A DNA stretch of 64,000 nucleotides from Candidatus Levyibacteriota bacterium (GCA_049519175.1 JBEKQZ010000002.1:134782-198781), one strand, 5' to 3'. Counted from the first letter of the stretch, positions 40,066 to 50,445 are shown. A program made the numbers and translations. Notes: a model not told the origin generated them from the letters alone.

Positions 40066-42477
40066 TTAACACTCGGAATAACCGCAGGCGTAACATTTTT
40101 TGCAGCCTTCTTCGTAAGCAAAGCTGGCCGCTCCGCATTCGGGGCAGAGATCATAAAGACTAGTAGCGGTTTCATCGGTTGACAGTGCGCCCCCCGGCGT
40201 TTGCAAAGATAGTTGTTCGATTTTGACAATTTCTTCTTTAGGAGCCGCATCCGCGGCAATCGGCAAGGAATGTCCATTGAGATGCGCGTTGGCAGCGTTG
40301 CCATTATGCACACTTGGATTTTTATCCTCCACCACTCCGTTTACTTTAAATTCAAAATGTTTTGACAACACTTTTGCAATCGCGTCCGGCAGCGAACGGA
40401 CTTTGTTTTCGCCAAACCCGACACTTCTGGCTCCGCCAATGCCGATTAGTTGCGCCACCACTTGTCTGATTCTCTCCCGCGGCGCCAACACGCCATTGAT
40501 TCTTAAGTTAAGCGAGATCATCCTGCCTAATGCGTCGGCCATTGCCGCCACATCCGAACCTGATTTTCCGACGGTAATGAAGACTTCAAACGGCTGCCTA
40601 TTTTCGTCATGATTAATAGTGATGTAGGTTTTGCCAACCGGAGTATCGGTCCCGTAAGTTACTCCTTCCACCATACTTGGTCTTGGCAACACCGGAAGTG
40701 ATGTCTGCACCTGCGGAATAGCGACTTTTTCCTCTTTTTTCTCTTCAATTCTTTCCAAAACGCCTACCCGGCTGCCATCCCGCATGTAAGTAATCCCTTT
40801 TAATCCCATGTCATAAGCTAACATATATAGTCTTTCGACATCTTGGACGGTGTGGCTTTTGGGCGCATTGACCGTTTTGGAAATCGAAGCGTCAATATAT
40901 TCTTGGGCCACCGCTTGCACTTTAACGTGCTCTTCCGGCGTTAAATCATTAGCCGAAGCAAAATAATCCGGTTTTTTGGCGTCGGGATTCTCTTTTTTCC
41001 ACTGCTCAAACAGCGGATGATACATTTTATGCTCACCCAATCGGTCGCGGCGGATAAACTCAAACTCATAAACCGGTTCTACTCCTGATGACACTCCGGT
41101 TAAAAGCGACGTTGAACCCGTTGGCGCAATGGTCAGAAGCACTGCGTTTCTAATCCCCTGTTTAGCGATTTTAGCCCTGATTTCTTTGGGCAAACGTTTG
41201 ATATGAAAACCTTTGAGATATTTTTCCCGGTTGTATTTGGGGAAAGAACCTTTTTCTTTAGCAATGTCGGAAGAGGAGATGTAAGCGTTATCGCGCAAGG
41301 TTTTAAAAATTTTATCAATTACTTTTAGCGATTCCTCACTGCCGTATCTAACTTCCATTTTAATTAAGGCGTCCGCCAGCCCCAAAATCCCCAAACCTTG
41401 TCTGCGAATATCTTTAGCCACTTTTTCGTTTTCTTTATAAAAATAGTAAGTGTCGTCAATAACGTCGTCTAAAAATCGCACTGCCACCTGGACGTCTTTG
41501 GCAAAGTTATCATAGTCAAACTGTTTGTTTTTAACGTAAGCCGCCAGATTGATGGCGCCCAAATTACACACGGCCCAGGCGGATAACGGTTGTTCGCCGC
41601 AAGGATTGGTCGCGATTAGTCTTTCAAAATAATAAGTGTTACTCCTTTTATTACTTCTGTCCAAAAAGTGCAGTCCCGGCTCGGCCGAGCGCCAGGCGGC
41701 GGTGCAAATTAAATCCCACAGATATTTAGCCTTAATGGTTTTTAAAACTTTAACTTTGCCGCCGGTTTTTTTCCAGGCTTCTAAATCGCCTGTCCATTTT
41801 TTGTCGTATTTCGGATCGTCCAAATCAGGATAAACTAAATCCCAATCGTCATTTTTTTTGACCGCTTCCATAAAAGCATCGGATAAACAGACCGACAGAT
41901 TGGCCCCGTTTATTTTATTTAAGTCCTGTTTAACGGTGATAAATTCCTCAATGTCGGGGTGCCAATCCCAAAGCATTAACATCAAAGCGCCCCGTCTTGA
42001 ACCGCCCTGCTGCACAATGTCTTTAGTCGCCAAGGAATAGAGCTCTGCCCAGTTGATTGGACCAGAAGAAAAACCGTTGACTTTTTTCACTCTGGAGCCG
42101 CGCGGCCGAAGTGATGAAAGATTGAGTCCGACTCCGCCGCCGTGCGCCATAATCTCAATCATTTGCGTCAGATTGGCCATGATGCCACCTCTGGAATCCG
42201 GCGGATTTGGAATCACAAAACAATTGTAGTAGGTCACGTCAAAACCGGTTCCGGCGCCGGCCAAAATTCTTCCGCCTGGCAAAAACTTAAAGTCCGCCAT
42301 TAGCTCGTTGAATTTTTTCTCCCATTTCTGGCGGTTTTTCGGCTTTTCGACACTGGCAATTCCTTTAGCCACCCTCTTCCACATTTCGTCCGGAGTTTTC
42401 TCGATGGGCTTTCCCACCTTATCTTTTAAGGAGTATCTATCTAAAAATACTTTTTCTCTGATTCCATCCAGTTTCAT
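40066..42477 (-). CDS. nrdJ: ribonucleoside-diphosphate/triphosphate reductase, class II (adenosylcobalamin-dependent)
   Basis: 803 aa. Active-site NPCGEQPL and a C-terminal Cys-rich zinc ribbon. No NrdB partner. Flanked by nrdR and the PduO-type adenosyltransferase. Confidence 0.75.
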   Translation of the reverse strand: MKLDGIREKVFLDRYSLKDKVGKPIEKTPDEMWKRVAKGIASVEKPKNRQKWEKKFNELMADFKFLPGGRILAGAGTGFDVTYYNCFVIPNPPDSRGGIMANLTQMIEIMAHGGGVGLNLSSLRPRGSRVKKVNGFSSGPINWAELYSLATKDIVQQGGSRRGALMLMLWDWHPDIEEFITVKQDLNKINGANLSVCLSDAFMEAVKKNDDWDLVYPDLDDPKYDKKWTGDLEAWKKTGGKVKVLKTIKAKYLWDLICTAAWRSAEPGLHFLDRSNKRSNTYYFERLIATNPCGEQPLSAWAVCNLGAINLAAYVKNKQFDYDNFAKDVQVAVRFLDDVIDDTYYFYKENEKVAKDIRRQGLGILGLADALIKMEVRYGSEESLKVIDKIFKTLRDNAYISSSDIAKEKGSFPKYNREKYLKGFHIKRLPKEIRAKIAKQGIRNAVLLTIAPTGSTSLLTGVSSGVEPVYEFEFIRRDRLGEHKMYHPLFEQWKKENPDAKKPDYFASANDLTPEEHVKVQAVAQEYIDASISKTVNAPKSHTVQDVERLYMLAYDMGLKGITYMRDGSRVGVLERIEEKKEEKVAIPQVQTSLPVLPRPSMVEGVTYGTDTPVGKTYITINHDENRQPFEVFITVGKSGSDVAAMADALGRMISLNLRINGVLAPRERIRQVVAQLIGIGGARSVGFGENKVRSLPDAIAKVLSKHFEFKVNGVVEDKNPSVHNGNAANAHLNGHSLPIAADAAPKEEIVKIEQLSLQTPGGALSTDETATSLYDLCPECGAASFAYEEGCKKCYACGYSEC

Positions 42478-42478
42478 A

Positions 42479-42928
42479 TTATTTTATTAATTTTTTAACT
42501 TCTTTTTCAAAATCTTCAACATCGACGAATCTTCTAAAAACACTCGAGAAGCGGATGTATGCCACCTTATCTATAGTTTTAAGCCGGGTGGCCACCATCT
42601 GCCCAATCTTCTTGCTTTCTATTTCTACTCCGGACTCGCCTCTTAGCTCCCGCTCAATTTCCGTGACTATCTTTTCAATGTCTTCAAGAGATACTTTGGT
42701 TTTTTCGCAAGACCGAATGATTCCCCGTTTTAATTTATCCCGGTCAAATTGCTCCCGCTTCCCGTCTTTTTTAATAACAATTAAATTAATGTTTTCGATT
42801 CGCTCGTAAGTCGTGAATCTTTTACCGCAAGAGACACATTCCCTTCTTCTTCTGATTGTTTCTAAATCTTCGCTGTCTCTAGTTTCAACGACTTCTGTAT
42901 CTTTACTTCCGCAATATGGACACTTCAT
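42479..42928 (-). CDS. nrdR: transcriptional repressor NrdR
   Basis: 149 aa. N-terminal zinc ribbon MKCPYCGS...CVSCGKRF followed by an ATP-cone. Confidence 0.9.
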   Translation of the reverse strand: MKCPYCGSKDTEVVETRDSEDLETIRRRRECVSCGKRFTTYERIENINLIVIKKDGKREQFDRDKLKRGIIRSCEKTKVSLEDIEKIVTEIERELRGESGVEIESKKIGQMVATRLKTIDKVAYIRFSSVFRRFVDVEDFEKEVKKLIK

Positions 42929-42968
42929 ATCTTGCTTCTGGCACCTTTTAGCTTTATTTTATGCTGAT

Positions 42969-43013
42969 GCCGTAAAACGCTAGATATAGTGCCACAAAAA
43001 TAATATGGCACTA
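42969..43013. promoter_or_regulatory. inverted repeat resembling a pair of NrdR boxes upstream of nrdR-nrdJ
   Basis: Arms TAGATATAGTGCC (42971-42983) and GGCACTACATCTA (42997-43009), 12/13 complementary with a 13-bp spacer. Each arm matches the NrdR-box consensus core CACwAtATaTwG at 9-11 of 12 positions. Confidence 0.45.
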
Positions 43014-43192
43014 CATCTACCCTGTCAACTATTAACATATATATCAAAATATGTCAAGTTATATTTTAGCTTCAGTTTCTTGATAAATAATCTGTTAGCG
43101 AAAAAACGAACAAAAAAAAGTTTTATTTTAAGAGTTTCGGTTTAAGAAGCAGCATACAAAAATTATTCTATTTATAAGGATTGCGTAGTGAT

Positions 43193-43729
43193 TTAAGGCT
43201 TTAACTGCTCAACCGATTGCTGAAAATCTTCGGCTCTTTTTTGCGAAACTTGCAATACCAGTCTAGCTGCCCCTTTTGTTTTTTCCTCCATTTTAAAAAT
43301 TACTTGTTGGTGTTTTAGAGACGCCGTTAATAGTTTTGCTAAAATTTCACTAGTATTCTCTCCCTGTTTTTTGGCCGCTGCCGCTTGCTGAATTGCCAGG
43401 TCAAAATAATTGCCAGATTTTGACAGAGTGGTAATGGCTAAATCCACTTTTCCTTTATCCAAAAGCGCGCTGGCAGCACCAAGCCTTTTATCCGCCATTA
43501 GTAAATCATAGTTTGATTTTTGTAACGGATCCGTAATCAAAAAATTATAGACATTATCTCTTAAGGCTTTTAGAAAATATAAAGGGTTATCGGGTAAAAT
43601 CCCCGTGTAGGGAAGATTGTATTGCACATTTAAGGCGGCCGGAGAAGTGGAAATCGCCTGGGCAAAAACTTTCTGCCCGCTACTGACAAAAAGCAACAGT
43701 AAAAGAAGAACTAGCAAGAGTCTTTTCAT
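43193..43729 (-). CDS. secreted hypothetical protein
   Basis: 178 aa. Leu-rich signal peptide ending AQA, then a helical soluble domain. Confidence 0.45.
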   Translation of the reverse strand: MKRLLLVLLLLLLFVSSGQKVFAQAISTSPAALNVQYNLPYTGILPDNPLYFLKALRDNVYNFLITDPLQKSNYDLLMADKRLGAASALLDKGKVDLAITTLSKSGNYFDLAIQQAAAAKKQGENTSEILAKLLTASLKHQQVIFKMEEKTKGAARLVLQVSQKRAEDFQQSVEQLKP

Positions 43730-43763
43730 AAAGTTATTATACTACAACTCCGCAAGCGGTATT

Positions 43764-44360
43764 CTATGCTTTCGCAAACCCGATTTTTTCTAAAACAAAC
43801 CGTAATGCCTCTTCCCTATTCAAAGAATAGGTATTCACAATTAAATCGTAATATTTAGGGTCCCAATAAATCCAGTCGGGATCATTATGGACGTACAATT
43901 TTCTGAATTTTTCTAAATTTTCTTTCTCCCGAGTTAAAGCCTCATGTTTTGCTTCTTGCAAAGAAATGCCGTCTCGGTTCATTAACCTATCGATCCGAAT
44001 ATCCGCCTTGTCTTCGCCGTTTGGGTCTTGACAAATCACCAAAATTTTATAAACTCCGGCTAGTCCCTGAATATCAAAGCCGGCCAGATGACTTTGAATA
44101 ATTTGTTGTTTCTCCTCGGTTAAATTTTTTTTAATTTGCGCCTCAAATTGTAGATCGAAACTGTCTGGTCTTTGCAAAACATCGACCTGACTGATGCTTA
44201 GCTGCTTGTGAATTTTTTCAAACAAATCTCCGCCTTCAAGCAAAGGCCAGTTTAAAACCCCGGATAGTTTCTTTGCCAAAGTGGTGGCGCCGGCGCCGAT
44301 TCTGCCGGAAATGGTGATATTGTTAATTCCCACCAGTTCTATTGGTTTTTGATTACTCAT
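43764..44360 (-). CDS. P-loop NTPase, cytidylate-kinase-like family
   Basis: 198 aa. P-loop ISGRIGAGATTLAK near the N-terminus. Size and layout of small nucleotide kinases. Confidence 0.45.
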   Translation of the reverse strand: MSNQKPIELVGINNITISGRIGAGATTLAKKLSGVLNWPLLEGGDLFEKIHKQLSISQVDVLQRPDSFDLQFEAQIKKNLTEEKQQIIQSHLAGFDIQGLAGVYKILVICQDPNGEDKADIRIDRLMNRDGISLQEAKHEALTREKENLEKFRKLYVHNDPDWIYWDPKYYDLIVNTYSLNREEALRFVLEKIGFAKA

Positions 44361-45436
44361 AATGCAGGTTTCTCAAGAGGCAATTGAGTTTCCATTCTTT
44401 TTCCAACCATAATTACTTCTTCGACTAAACGGTTGGCGTAACCGTATTCATTATCATACCAGGCAATGACTTTGACCATATTACCGATGACTTGCGTCAG
44501 CGACAAATCTACAATCGCCGAGTAGGGACTACCAATAATATCACTGGAAACCAACGGGTCGTCGGTCACCGCCAAAACTCCCGTGTAGGCTGTCGACTGC
44601 GAAGCCTTGCGGAAAGCGTCATTAACTTCCTGCTTGGTTACTTCGCGTTTTAAGATGAAAGTGAAATCGGACAATGAGCCAACTGCCACGGGAACTCTTA
44701 AGGATAATCCGCTGAAAACATTTGCTAGCTCGGGTAAAGCTTGGGTGGCGGCAATAGTGGCGCCGGTTGAAGTCGGGACAATATTTTGCGCTGCTGCCCG
44801 AGCTCTTCGATAATCTTTATGTCCGCCGTCTTGCAATCTTTGGTCGGAAGTATAACCATGAATGGTGGTCATCATTACTTTTTCCACCCCGAAACTCTGA
44901 AGCATTATTTTGGCAACAGGCGCAATGCAATTGGTCGTGCACGAAGCGTTGTTAATCATCGTTTGTCCTTGAAACTGTTCCGGATTAACTGCCAATACAA
45001 TGGTTGGAACCTGCCCTTCTTTAACCGGAGCGGAAAGAATAACCGCTTTGGCTCCGGCGGTTAAATGAGTTTTAAGTTGCTCTTCGGTGGTGAATTTTCC
45101 GGTCGACTCAATCACCACATCGACATTTAAATCTTTCCAAGGAAGAAGTGTTGGATCTTTTTGCGAGATCACCGGAATTTTTTTGTTATCAATTAAAAGG
45201 TAGCCGATTAAATTTTTAATGACGGGGTTTTCTTCGACCACCTGATAGGAAACGTTTAAACTATAAATCGGTCCGTAGGAAGTATCGTATTTTAGAAGAT
45301 ACATCCAGCCCTTGATGTCGGTAGATGAGCCCGCGTTGATAGCGACTACTTCAATATCGTTAAAATATTTTTCGAGGATTACCCTATGCGCTACCCTGCC
45401 TATTCTACCATAACCATTAATCGCAACCTTTATCAT
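44357..45436 (-). CDS. gap: glyceraldehyde-3-phosphate dehydrogenase
   Basis: Start likely at MIKVAINGYGRIGR (track ORF extends 12 codons further). Catalytic ASCTTNC motif. Confidence 0.85.
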   Translation of the reverse strand: MIKVAINGYGRIGRVAHRVILEKYFNDIEVVAINAGSSTDIKGWMYLLKYDTSYGPIYSLNVSYQVVEENPVIKNLIGYLLIDNKKIPVISQKDPTLLPWKDLNVDVVIESTGKFTTEEQLKTHLTAGAKAVILSAPVKEGQVPTIVLAVNPEQFQGQTMINNASCTTNCIAPVAKIMLQSFGVEKVMMTTIHGYTSDQRLQDGGHKDYRRARAAAQNIVPTSTGATIAATQALPELANVFSGLSLRVPVAVGSLSDFTFILKREVTKQEVNDAFRKASQSTAYTGVLAVTDDPLVSSDIIGSPYSAIVDLSLTQVIGNMVKVIAWYDNEYGYANRLVEEVIMVGKRMETQLPLEKPAL

Positions 45437-45517
45437 AGAACCAGTATAACAAAGTTCTTGGGAAATGAACAAGAAGAAATTACAAATTATTACTTATGCT
45501 CTATGGGATGGACGACG

Positions 45518-45949
45518 TTAGAACCTGGTATTTAATGCTTTAATGTCTTTAATAATACTATTCATATAATCTGAGAGCTCTATCTCATCTAACTTTTCGA
45601 AAGGCAAAAACTTAAAAGCGGAATGTTCAAAACTCAATGTTATCTTTTGCGTTGAATCAATCATCCTGCAGTTAAATATTATTTCTACACGCTGAATTTT
45701 TTCTCCAGGATTTTCCATGTAATAAGTTTTAACTGCTATTGGATTTAAAACTTCTATATCAATCCCACATTCTTCCTTAATCTCTCTTTTTAATGCTTCT
45801 TCGGGCGTTTCTCCAAAATCGGAACCGCCGCCTGGTAACTCCCAGCTTCCTGGTTCAAAATCTTCATCGTCTGCCCTTTTAACAAAAAGCGCTTCCTTAT
45901 TGTTGTTGAAAATCAAAGCTCCAGTAGAAACTTGTTGATATTGTTTCAT
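45518..45949 (-). CDS. NUDIX hydrolase
   Basis: 143 aa. Nudix box GGGSDFGETPEEALKREIKEECGI. Confidence 0.85.
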   Translation of the reverse strand: MKQYQQVSTGALIFNNNKEALFVKRADDEDFEPGSWELPGGGSDFGETPEEALKREIKEECGIDIEVLNPIAVKTYYMENPGEKIQRVEIIFNCRMIDSTQKITLSFEHSAFKFLPFEKLDEIELSDYMNSIIKDIKALNTRF

Positions 45950-46012
45950 AAAGATATTGTATCAGATGCAATTTTGAGGCTACGCAGCTCCGCGGCAAGA
46001 ACTCGAATCTTT

Positions 46013-47083
46013 CTATTCTTGTTCAAGCGCGACCAATCCCGGCAGGTGCTCGCCAGCGAGAAATTCTAGCATGGCACCGCCGCCGGTGGAAGCAAAGGAA
46101 AATTGTTTTAATAAATTTTTCTGTTTGAGAAAGCCCAATGTGTCTCCCCCCCCAACGATCGTAAAGGCCGGGATCTTGACGATTCCCTCCGCCAGGATTT
46201 CCGTCCCTTTTTGAAACTTCTCTTCTTCGATCTTCCCCAACGGCCCGTTCCAGACAATCGTTTTGGCATTTTTGAGAACCTGCAGAAAATTCTCGACACT
46301 TCTTAAAGTAATATCTTGCTTGTTTTCCAAAGTATCTGCCATTAAAAGCATTGAGCGACCGGGAACTTTTTCGTGCGCCACCTTTAAAATTACTCTATCA
46401 TTCTCGACAATTTCACCGCCGACCAAAATATAATCGGCGAAACCGTGCATTTCTTCCACCAGCGGCAGTTTGGTTTCAATTTTTGCTCCGCCGATCACCA
46501 CTCCCAACGGCCGCTTCGGGTTTTCCAAGACTTGAGATAAAACTTTAACTTCTTCTAATAATCTTAAACCGGCAAATGATGGCAAGAACTTGGTGACACC
46601 AACAATTGAAGCATGCGCGCGGTGCGAAGAAGCAAAAGCATCGTTGACAAAAACTTCGGCGAGCAAAGCTAGTTTTTTGGCAAACTGTGGATCATTTTTT
46701 TCTTCTTCGGGATAGAACCGGATGTTTTCCAAAAGAATTATTTTGTCAGTAATTTCCCAACCAGCAAATTCTCCCAAACCTGTCACTTTCAACTTTGAGT
46801 TTTGAACTTTGAACTTTTGTTGCAACCACTTAGCAATTGGTAAAAGACTAAATTTTGCTTCCTTTCCGTCCGGCCGACCTAGATGTCCAACTATTATAAT
46901 AGTGGCCCCTTCTTCCAGAAGATAGTTTAGAGTTGGAAACCAAGCCTTCAATCTCGTGTCGTCCCCAACTAGTTGCTGATGGCTAGTTGCTAGTTGCTGA
47001 AGCGGCACGTCCAAATCCGCTCGCAGCATTACCGTTTTATTTTGAACTTGAGCACTTTTAACACTTCTCAAATCTTTCATCAT
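46013..47083 (-). CDS. pgk: phosphoglycerate kinase
   Basis: About 356 aa from MKDLRS. N-terminal RADLDVP-type substrate site and C-terminal GGGAMLEFLAG. Confidence 0.75.
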   Translation of the reverse strand: MMKDLRSVKSAQVQNKTVMLRADLDVPLQQLATSHQQLVGDDTRLKAWFPTLNYLLEEGATIIIVGHLGRPDGKEAKFSLLPIAKWLQQKFKVQNSKLKVTGLGEFAGWEITDKIILLENIRFYPEEEKNDPQFAKKLALLAEVFVNDAFASSHRAHASIVGVTKFLPSFAGLRLLEEVKVLSQVLENPKRPLGVVIGGAKIETKLPLVEEMHGFADYILVGGEIVENDRVILKVAHEKVPGRSMLLMADTLENKQDITLRSVENFLQVLKNAKTIVWNGPLGKIEEEKFQKGTEILAEGIVKIPAFTIVGGGDTLGFLKQKNLLKQFSFASTGGGAMLEFLAGEHLPGLVALEQE

Positions 47084-48117
47084 TAGTCCGTGAATTCCTG
47101 GCAAAACATTTCGCCGTAAATCCCCCCGTTGACCACACCAATTCCCACTTTATGAAAATCCGTTGACAAAATATTGGCTTTGTGCCCCGGACTTTGCATC
47201 AGACCTTTCATCGCCAAGTCGACACTTGGCGCTAGCGCCAAATTTTCGCCAGCAAAGTTAAAAGCGATGTTGGCCTGTGCCATCCGGTCAAAAGGCGAAA
47301 GCCCGTTTTGCGAATTATGCGAAAAATAGCCGTTTTTAAACATATCTTCACAATGCGCCGTGCCAACGTCGGTTAAACTTTGTGAAAAAGACAGCGCCGC
47401 GATCTTTCGCGCAGTTCTTTCACTATTCACCATTTGCAGCATTTGCTGTTCGGCGCTTTTGTCAATACTGATGGCGGTAGTTTTAAAATTGAGGTTTATT
47501 ATTTCGTTACTTTGCGGCTCAATGGTTAAAAAAGACAACGTGTCATTAACCGCCCCGCCGAAAATATCATTCCAGTCTTTATTAAATCCTTGGGTATTGG
47601 CAACCAGAACGCTGCCGATTTTGGCGTTTAGAATTGACTGTTTGAGAAAAAGTGAAAACGGCAGAGCAATAATTAAACTTAAAATAAACGCTGACAGTAG
47701 AAGGCCCGAACAAAACCCCGGAATAATCCCCAACAGTTTGCTGACTATTTTTACCGGGCCAACGCTCGGAATTAAGAATCGGAAAAGCGAAACGTTGGCA
47801 ATCAGAATTTTGAGAATAAGGTTAACAATGATTTCTACCAAAACCGCGACGACAAAGAAACCGATGGCGTTGGCAAACCCGTGCGAAATCGGCAAGAATT
47901 TAATCAGAAGCGTTGCGATACGGCCATAAAAAGTGATGCCGACCAGAAACGACAGCGCAAAACTTAAAAAATCAATTGCCGCCACCAAAACGCCCAGAGC
48001 AAATCCTTCGACGCAGTAGAAAAATAAAATCACGAGCACAAAAATATCTATCCAGTTAAGCCCTAAACCCGGAACAGATAAAGAAGTAATCGTTGCCAGA
48101 AACGAAGAGACGTTCAT
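47083..48117 (-). CDS. CvpA-family membrane protein fused to a C-terminal CAP/SCP (YkwD-like) domain
   Basis: 344 aa. N-terminal multi-TM region like colicin V production protein. C-terminus GHKANILSTDFHKVGIGVV matches the SCP/PR-1-like motif. Confidence 0.55.
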   Translation of the reverse strand: MNVSSFLATITSLSVPGLGLNWIDIFVLVILFFYCVEGFALGVLVAAIDFLSFALSFLVGITFYGRIATLLIKFLPISHGFANAIGFFVVAVLVEIIVNLILKILIANVSLFRFLIPSVGPVKIVSKLLGIIPGFCSGLLLSAFILSLIIALPFSLFLKQSILNAKIGSVLVANTQGFNKDWNDIFGGAVNDTLSFLTIEPQSNEIINLNFKTTAISIDKSAEQQMLQMVNSERTARKIAALSFSQSLTDVGTAHCEDMFKNGYFSHNSQNGLSPFDRMAQANIAFNFAGENLALAPSVDLAMKGLMQSPGHKANILSTDFHKVGIGVVNGGIYGEMFCQEFTD

Positions 48118-48198
48118 AAAACAATTATAGCAACTCCCAAAAACATTGTCAGCCTATTTGAATCGTGCTATGATTATTGGATACTAACCGCCACAAAA

Positions 48199-50385
48199 AT
48201 GAAGCTAAATTTACCGAAAACTTTGCAAAAAAGGTTGAACTTAAAAGAATTGACGCATAAGAAAGTTATCGCAATTTGTGTTCTTTTGCTGTTTGCTTTT
48301 TCTTTTTATTATTTTATTTTGCGTGACTTACCTTTGCCGACAAAGCTCAGTAGTTCCTCCAATCCCCAATCGACGCTAATTTATGACCGTAACGGCAAAC
48401 TGTTATACAACATCTATGACAAGAAGAATCAAACTTTTGTCCCGTTATCCAGCATCCCTAAATACATGCAGGAAGCCACCATTGCGATTGAAGATAAAAG
48501 CTTTTATCAACACGGGGCAATTGACCTGCGCGGCATTGCCCGTGCCGCTGTTTCGATTGCTTTGCATCAGCAAATTCAGGGCGGTTCAACGCTAACCCAA
48601 CAATTGGTAAAAAATAGCCTTTTAACCCAACAGCAAACCATTTTGCGAAAAATTAAGGAAGTAATTCTGGCTTTTGCCACCGAAGTTGTTTATTCCAAAG
48701 GTCAAATCTTAGAAATGTATTTAAATCAAACTCCCTATGGCGGAACTTCCTACGGCGTTGAGGCGGCCAGCGAAACTTATTTTGGCAAACATGCTAAAGA
48801 TTTGGATTTAGCCCAGTCCGCACTTTTAGCCGGACTGCCGCAGGCGCCGACAGAATATTCTCCCTTTGGCGCTCACCCGGAAGAAGGCAAAGACCGCCAA
48901 GTTGAGGTTTTACAAGCAATGGAAGACCAAGGCTATATTACTAAAGACCAGGAGCAAAAAGCCGAAAAAGAGGACTTGCAATATAAAAAGTTTACCAACG
49001 ATATCCAAGCCCCGCATTTTGTTTTATACATTAAAGATTTATTAATTGCCCAGTATGGGCAGAATTTGGTTGAAGAAGGCGGCTTAAAAGTTACTACCAG
49101 CCTGGATTTGGATATTCAAAACTATGCCCAACAAGCTGTCGCCGACGAAGTTAACAAATTGCCGGTCTATTATCACGTCACCAACGGCGCCGCTTTGGTC
49201 ACCGATCCCGCTACCGGCGAAATTTTGGCGATGGTCGGCAGTAAAGATTATTTCGATAACACTATTGACGGCAATGTCAACATTACTACCGCTTTACGGC
49301 AACCCGGCTCATCCATTAAACCAATCAATTACGCCGTCGGACTTTTGAACGGTTACAACGCCGCCACCACTTTTATCGACCAACCGATTTGCTTCCCCAA
49401 CCAAGGCGGACAAAACTATTGCCCGGTCGATTACGACGGAAAATGGCATGGCTTGGTGGAAATGCGTTACGCTTTGGGCAATTCGTTTAATATCCCGGCG
49501 GTCAAAATGCTGGAGCTAAATGGTGTTAACGCAATGGTCGCAACCGCTTCGGCAATGGGCATTACCAGTTTTACCGATCCGCAGAAATACGGTTTGTCTT
49601 TAACGCTTGGGGGAGCCGAAGTCAAAATGGTCGATATGGCCACCGCTTTCGGCGTTTTTGCAAATTCGGGCTACAGGATTGATTTACATCCGATTTTAAA
49701 AGTAACCGACAAAACTGGCAAAGTGCTGGAACAATACACGCCGCCCTTAAGCCCTATTTTTGGCCAGAAAGTGCTACCGGACGGAGTCGCCTTTATCATT
49801 TCCGATATTTTGGCCGATAATAACGCCAGGCTTGCGGAATTTGGCGACAACTCGGAGCTAAAAATCCCCGGCCAAACCGTTTCGGTTAAAACCGGCACGA
49901 CCAACGACTTCCGCGACAACTGGACCATCGGTTATACTCCCTCTGTTTTGGTCGCCGCCTGGGTCGGCAACGACGACAACTCACAAATGAGCGGACTGGT
50001 TTCCGGTATTACCGGCGCGGCGCCGATTTGGAACGACATTATGTCGCACTTACTAAAAGACCGCACGCCGGAACCGATGTCTAGACCACCCGACATTATC
50101 CAAAAGTCATTCTGTTCGGACACGGGACTACTCCCGGGAGGAGCTAATCCCTGCCCAACCCGCTTTGAATATATTCTTAAAGGCACCGAGAGCTCAAGAG
50201 GGCAAGTTACGACTGGTGATACTCAAGTGGACAAAACGACTCAAGATTTACCCGCCAAAGGGCAAACCGATAACCTGGAAACCAAAACGGAAACCGTCTA
50301 TACCGATCCGACCGGCGATAAGTTTTGCATGACTTGCCCGCATCCAGAACTAATGCCTAGTCCAACGCCGACTCCTGCTCCTTAA
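48199..50385 (+). CDS. class A penicillin-binding protein (PBP1A; transglycosylase + transpeptidase)
   Basis: 728 aa. N-terminal TM, GT51 motifs (EDKSFYQHGAID, RKIKE), and transpeptidase SSIKP (SxxK) and KTGT. Confidence 0.85.
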   Translation: MKLNLPKTLQKRLNLKELTHKKVIAICVLLLFAFSFYYFILRDLPLPTKLSSSSNPQSTLIYDRNGKLLYNIYDKKNQTFVPLSSIPKYMQEATIAIEDKSFYQHGAIDLRGIARAAVSIALHQQIQGGSTLTQQLVKNSLLTQQQTILRKIKEVILAFATEVVYSKGQILEMYLNQTPYGGTSYGVEAASETYFGKHAKDLDLAQSALLAGLPQAPTEYSPFGAHPEEGKDRQVEVLQAMEDQGYITKDQEQKAEKEDLQYKKFTNDIQAPHFVLYIKDLLIAQYGQNLVEEGGLKVTTSLDLDIQNYAQQAVADEVNKLPVYYHVTNGAALVTDPATGEILAMVGSKDYFDNTIDGNVNITTALRQPGSSIKPINYAVGLLNGYNAATTFIDQPICFPNQGGQNYCPVDYDGKWHGLVEMRYALGNSFNIPAVKMLELNGVNAMVATASAMGITSFTDPQKYGLSLTLGGAEVKMVDMATAFGVFANSGYRIDLHPILKVTDKTGKVLEQYTPPLSPIFGQKVLPDGVAFIISDILADNNARLAEFGDNSELKIPGQTVSVKTGTTNDFRDNWTIGYTPSVLVAAWVGNDDNSQMSGLVSGITGAAPIWNDIMSHLLKDRTPEPMSRPPDIIQKSFCSDTGLLPGGANPCPTRFEYILKGTESSRGQVTTGDTQVDKTTQDLPAKGQTDNLETKTETVYTDPTGDKFCMTCPHPELMPSPTPTPAP

Positions 50386-50445
50386 AAGTCTGGGGCTTTG
50401 CAAAAAGCTATACCTATAGTATAATCAACACGTTTACTTGCCATT

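Noticed and set aside
40005-40313. 102-aa minus-strand ORF overlapping the end of nrdJ
   Set aside because: Out-of-frame overlap with the well-supported RNR gene and with the repeat element. No motif, so likely spurious.
46780-47000. Short tandem repeats inside pgk (TTGAACT x2; TAGTTGC x2)
   Set aside because: Only two units each, and they encode ordinary protein sequence. No indication of a slippage-prone tract.
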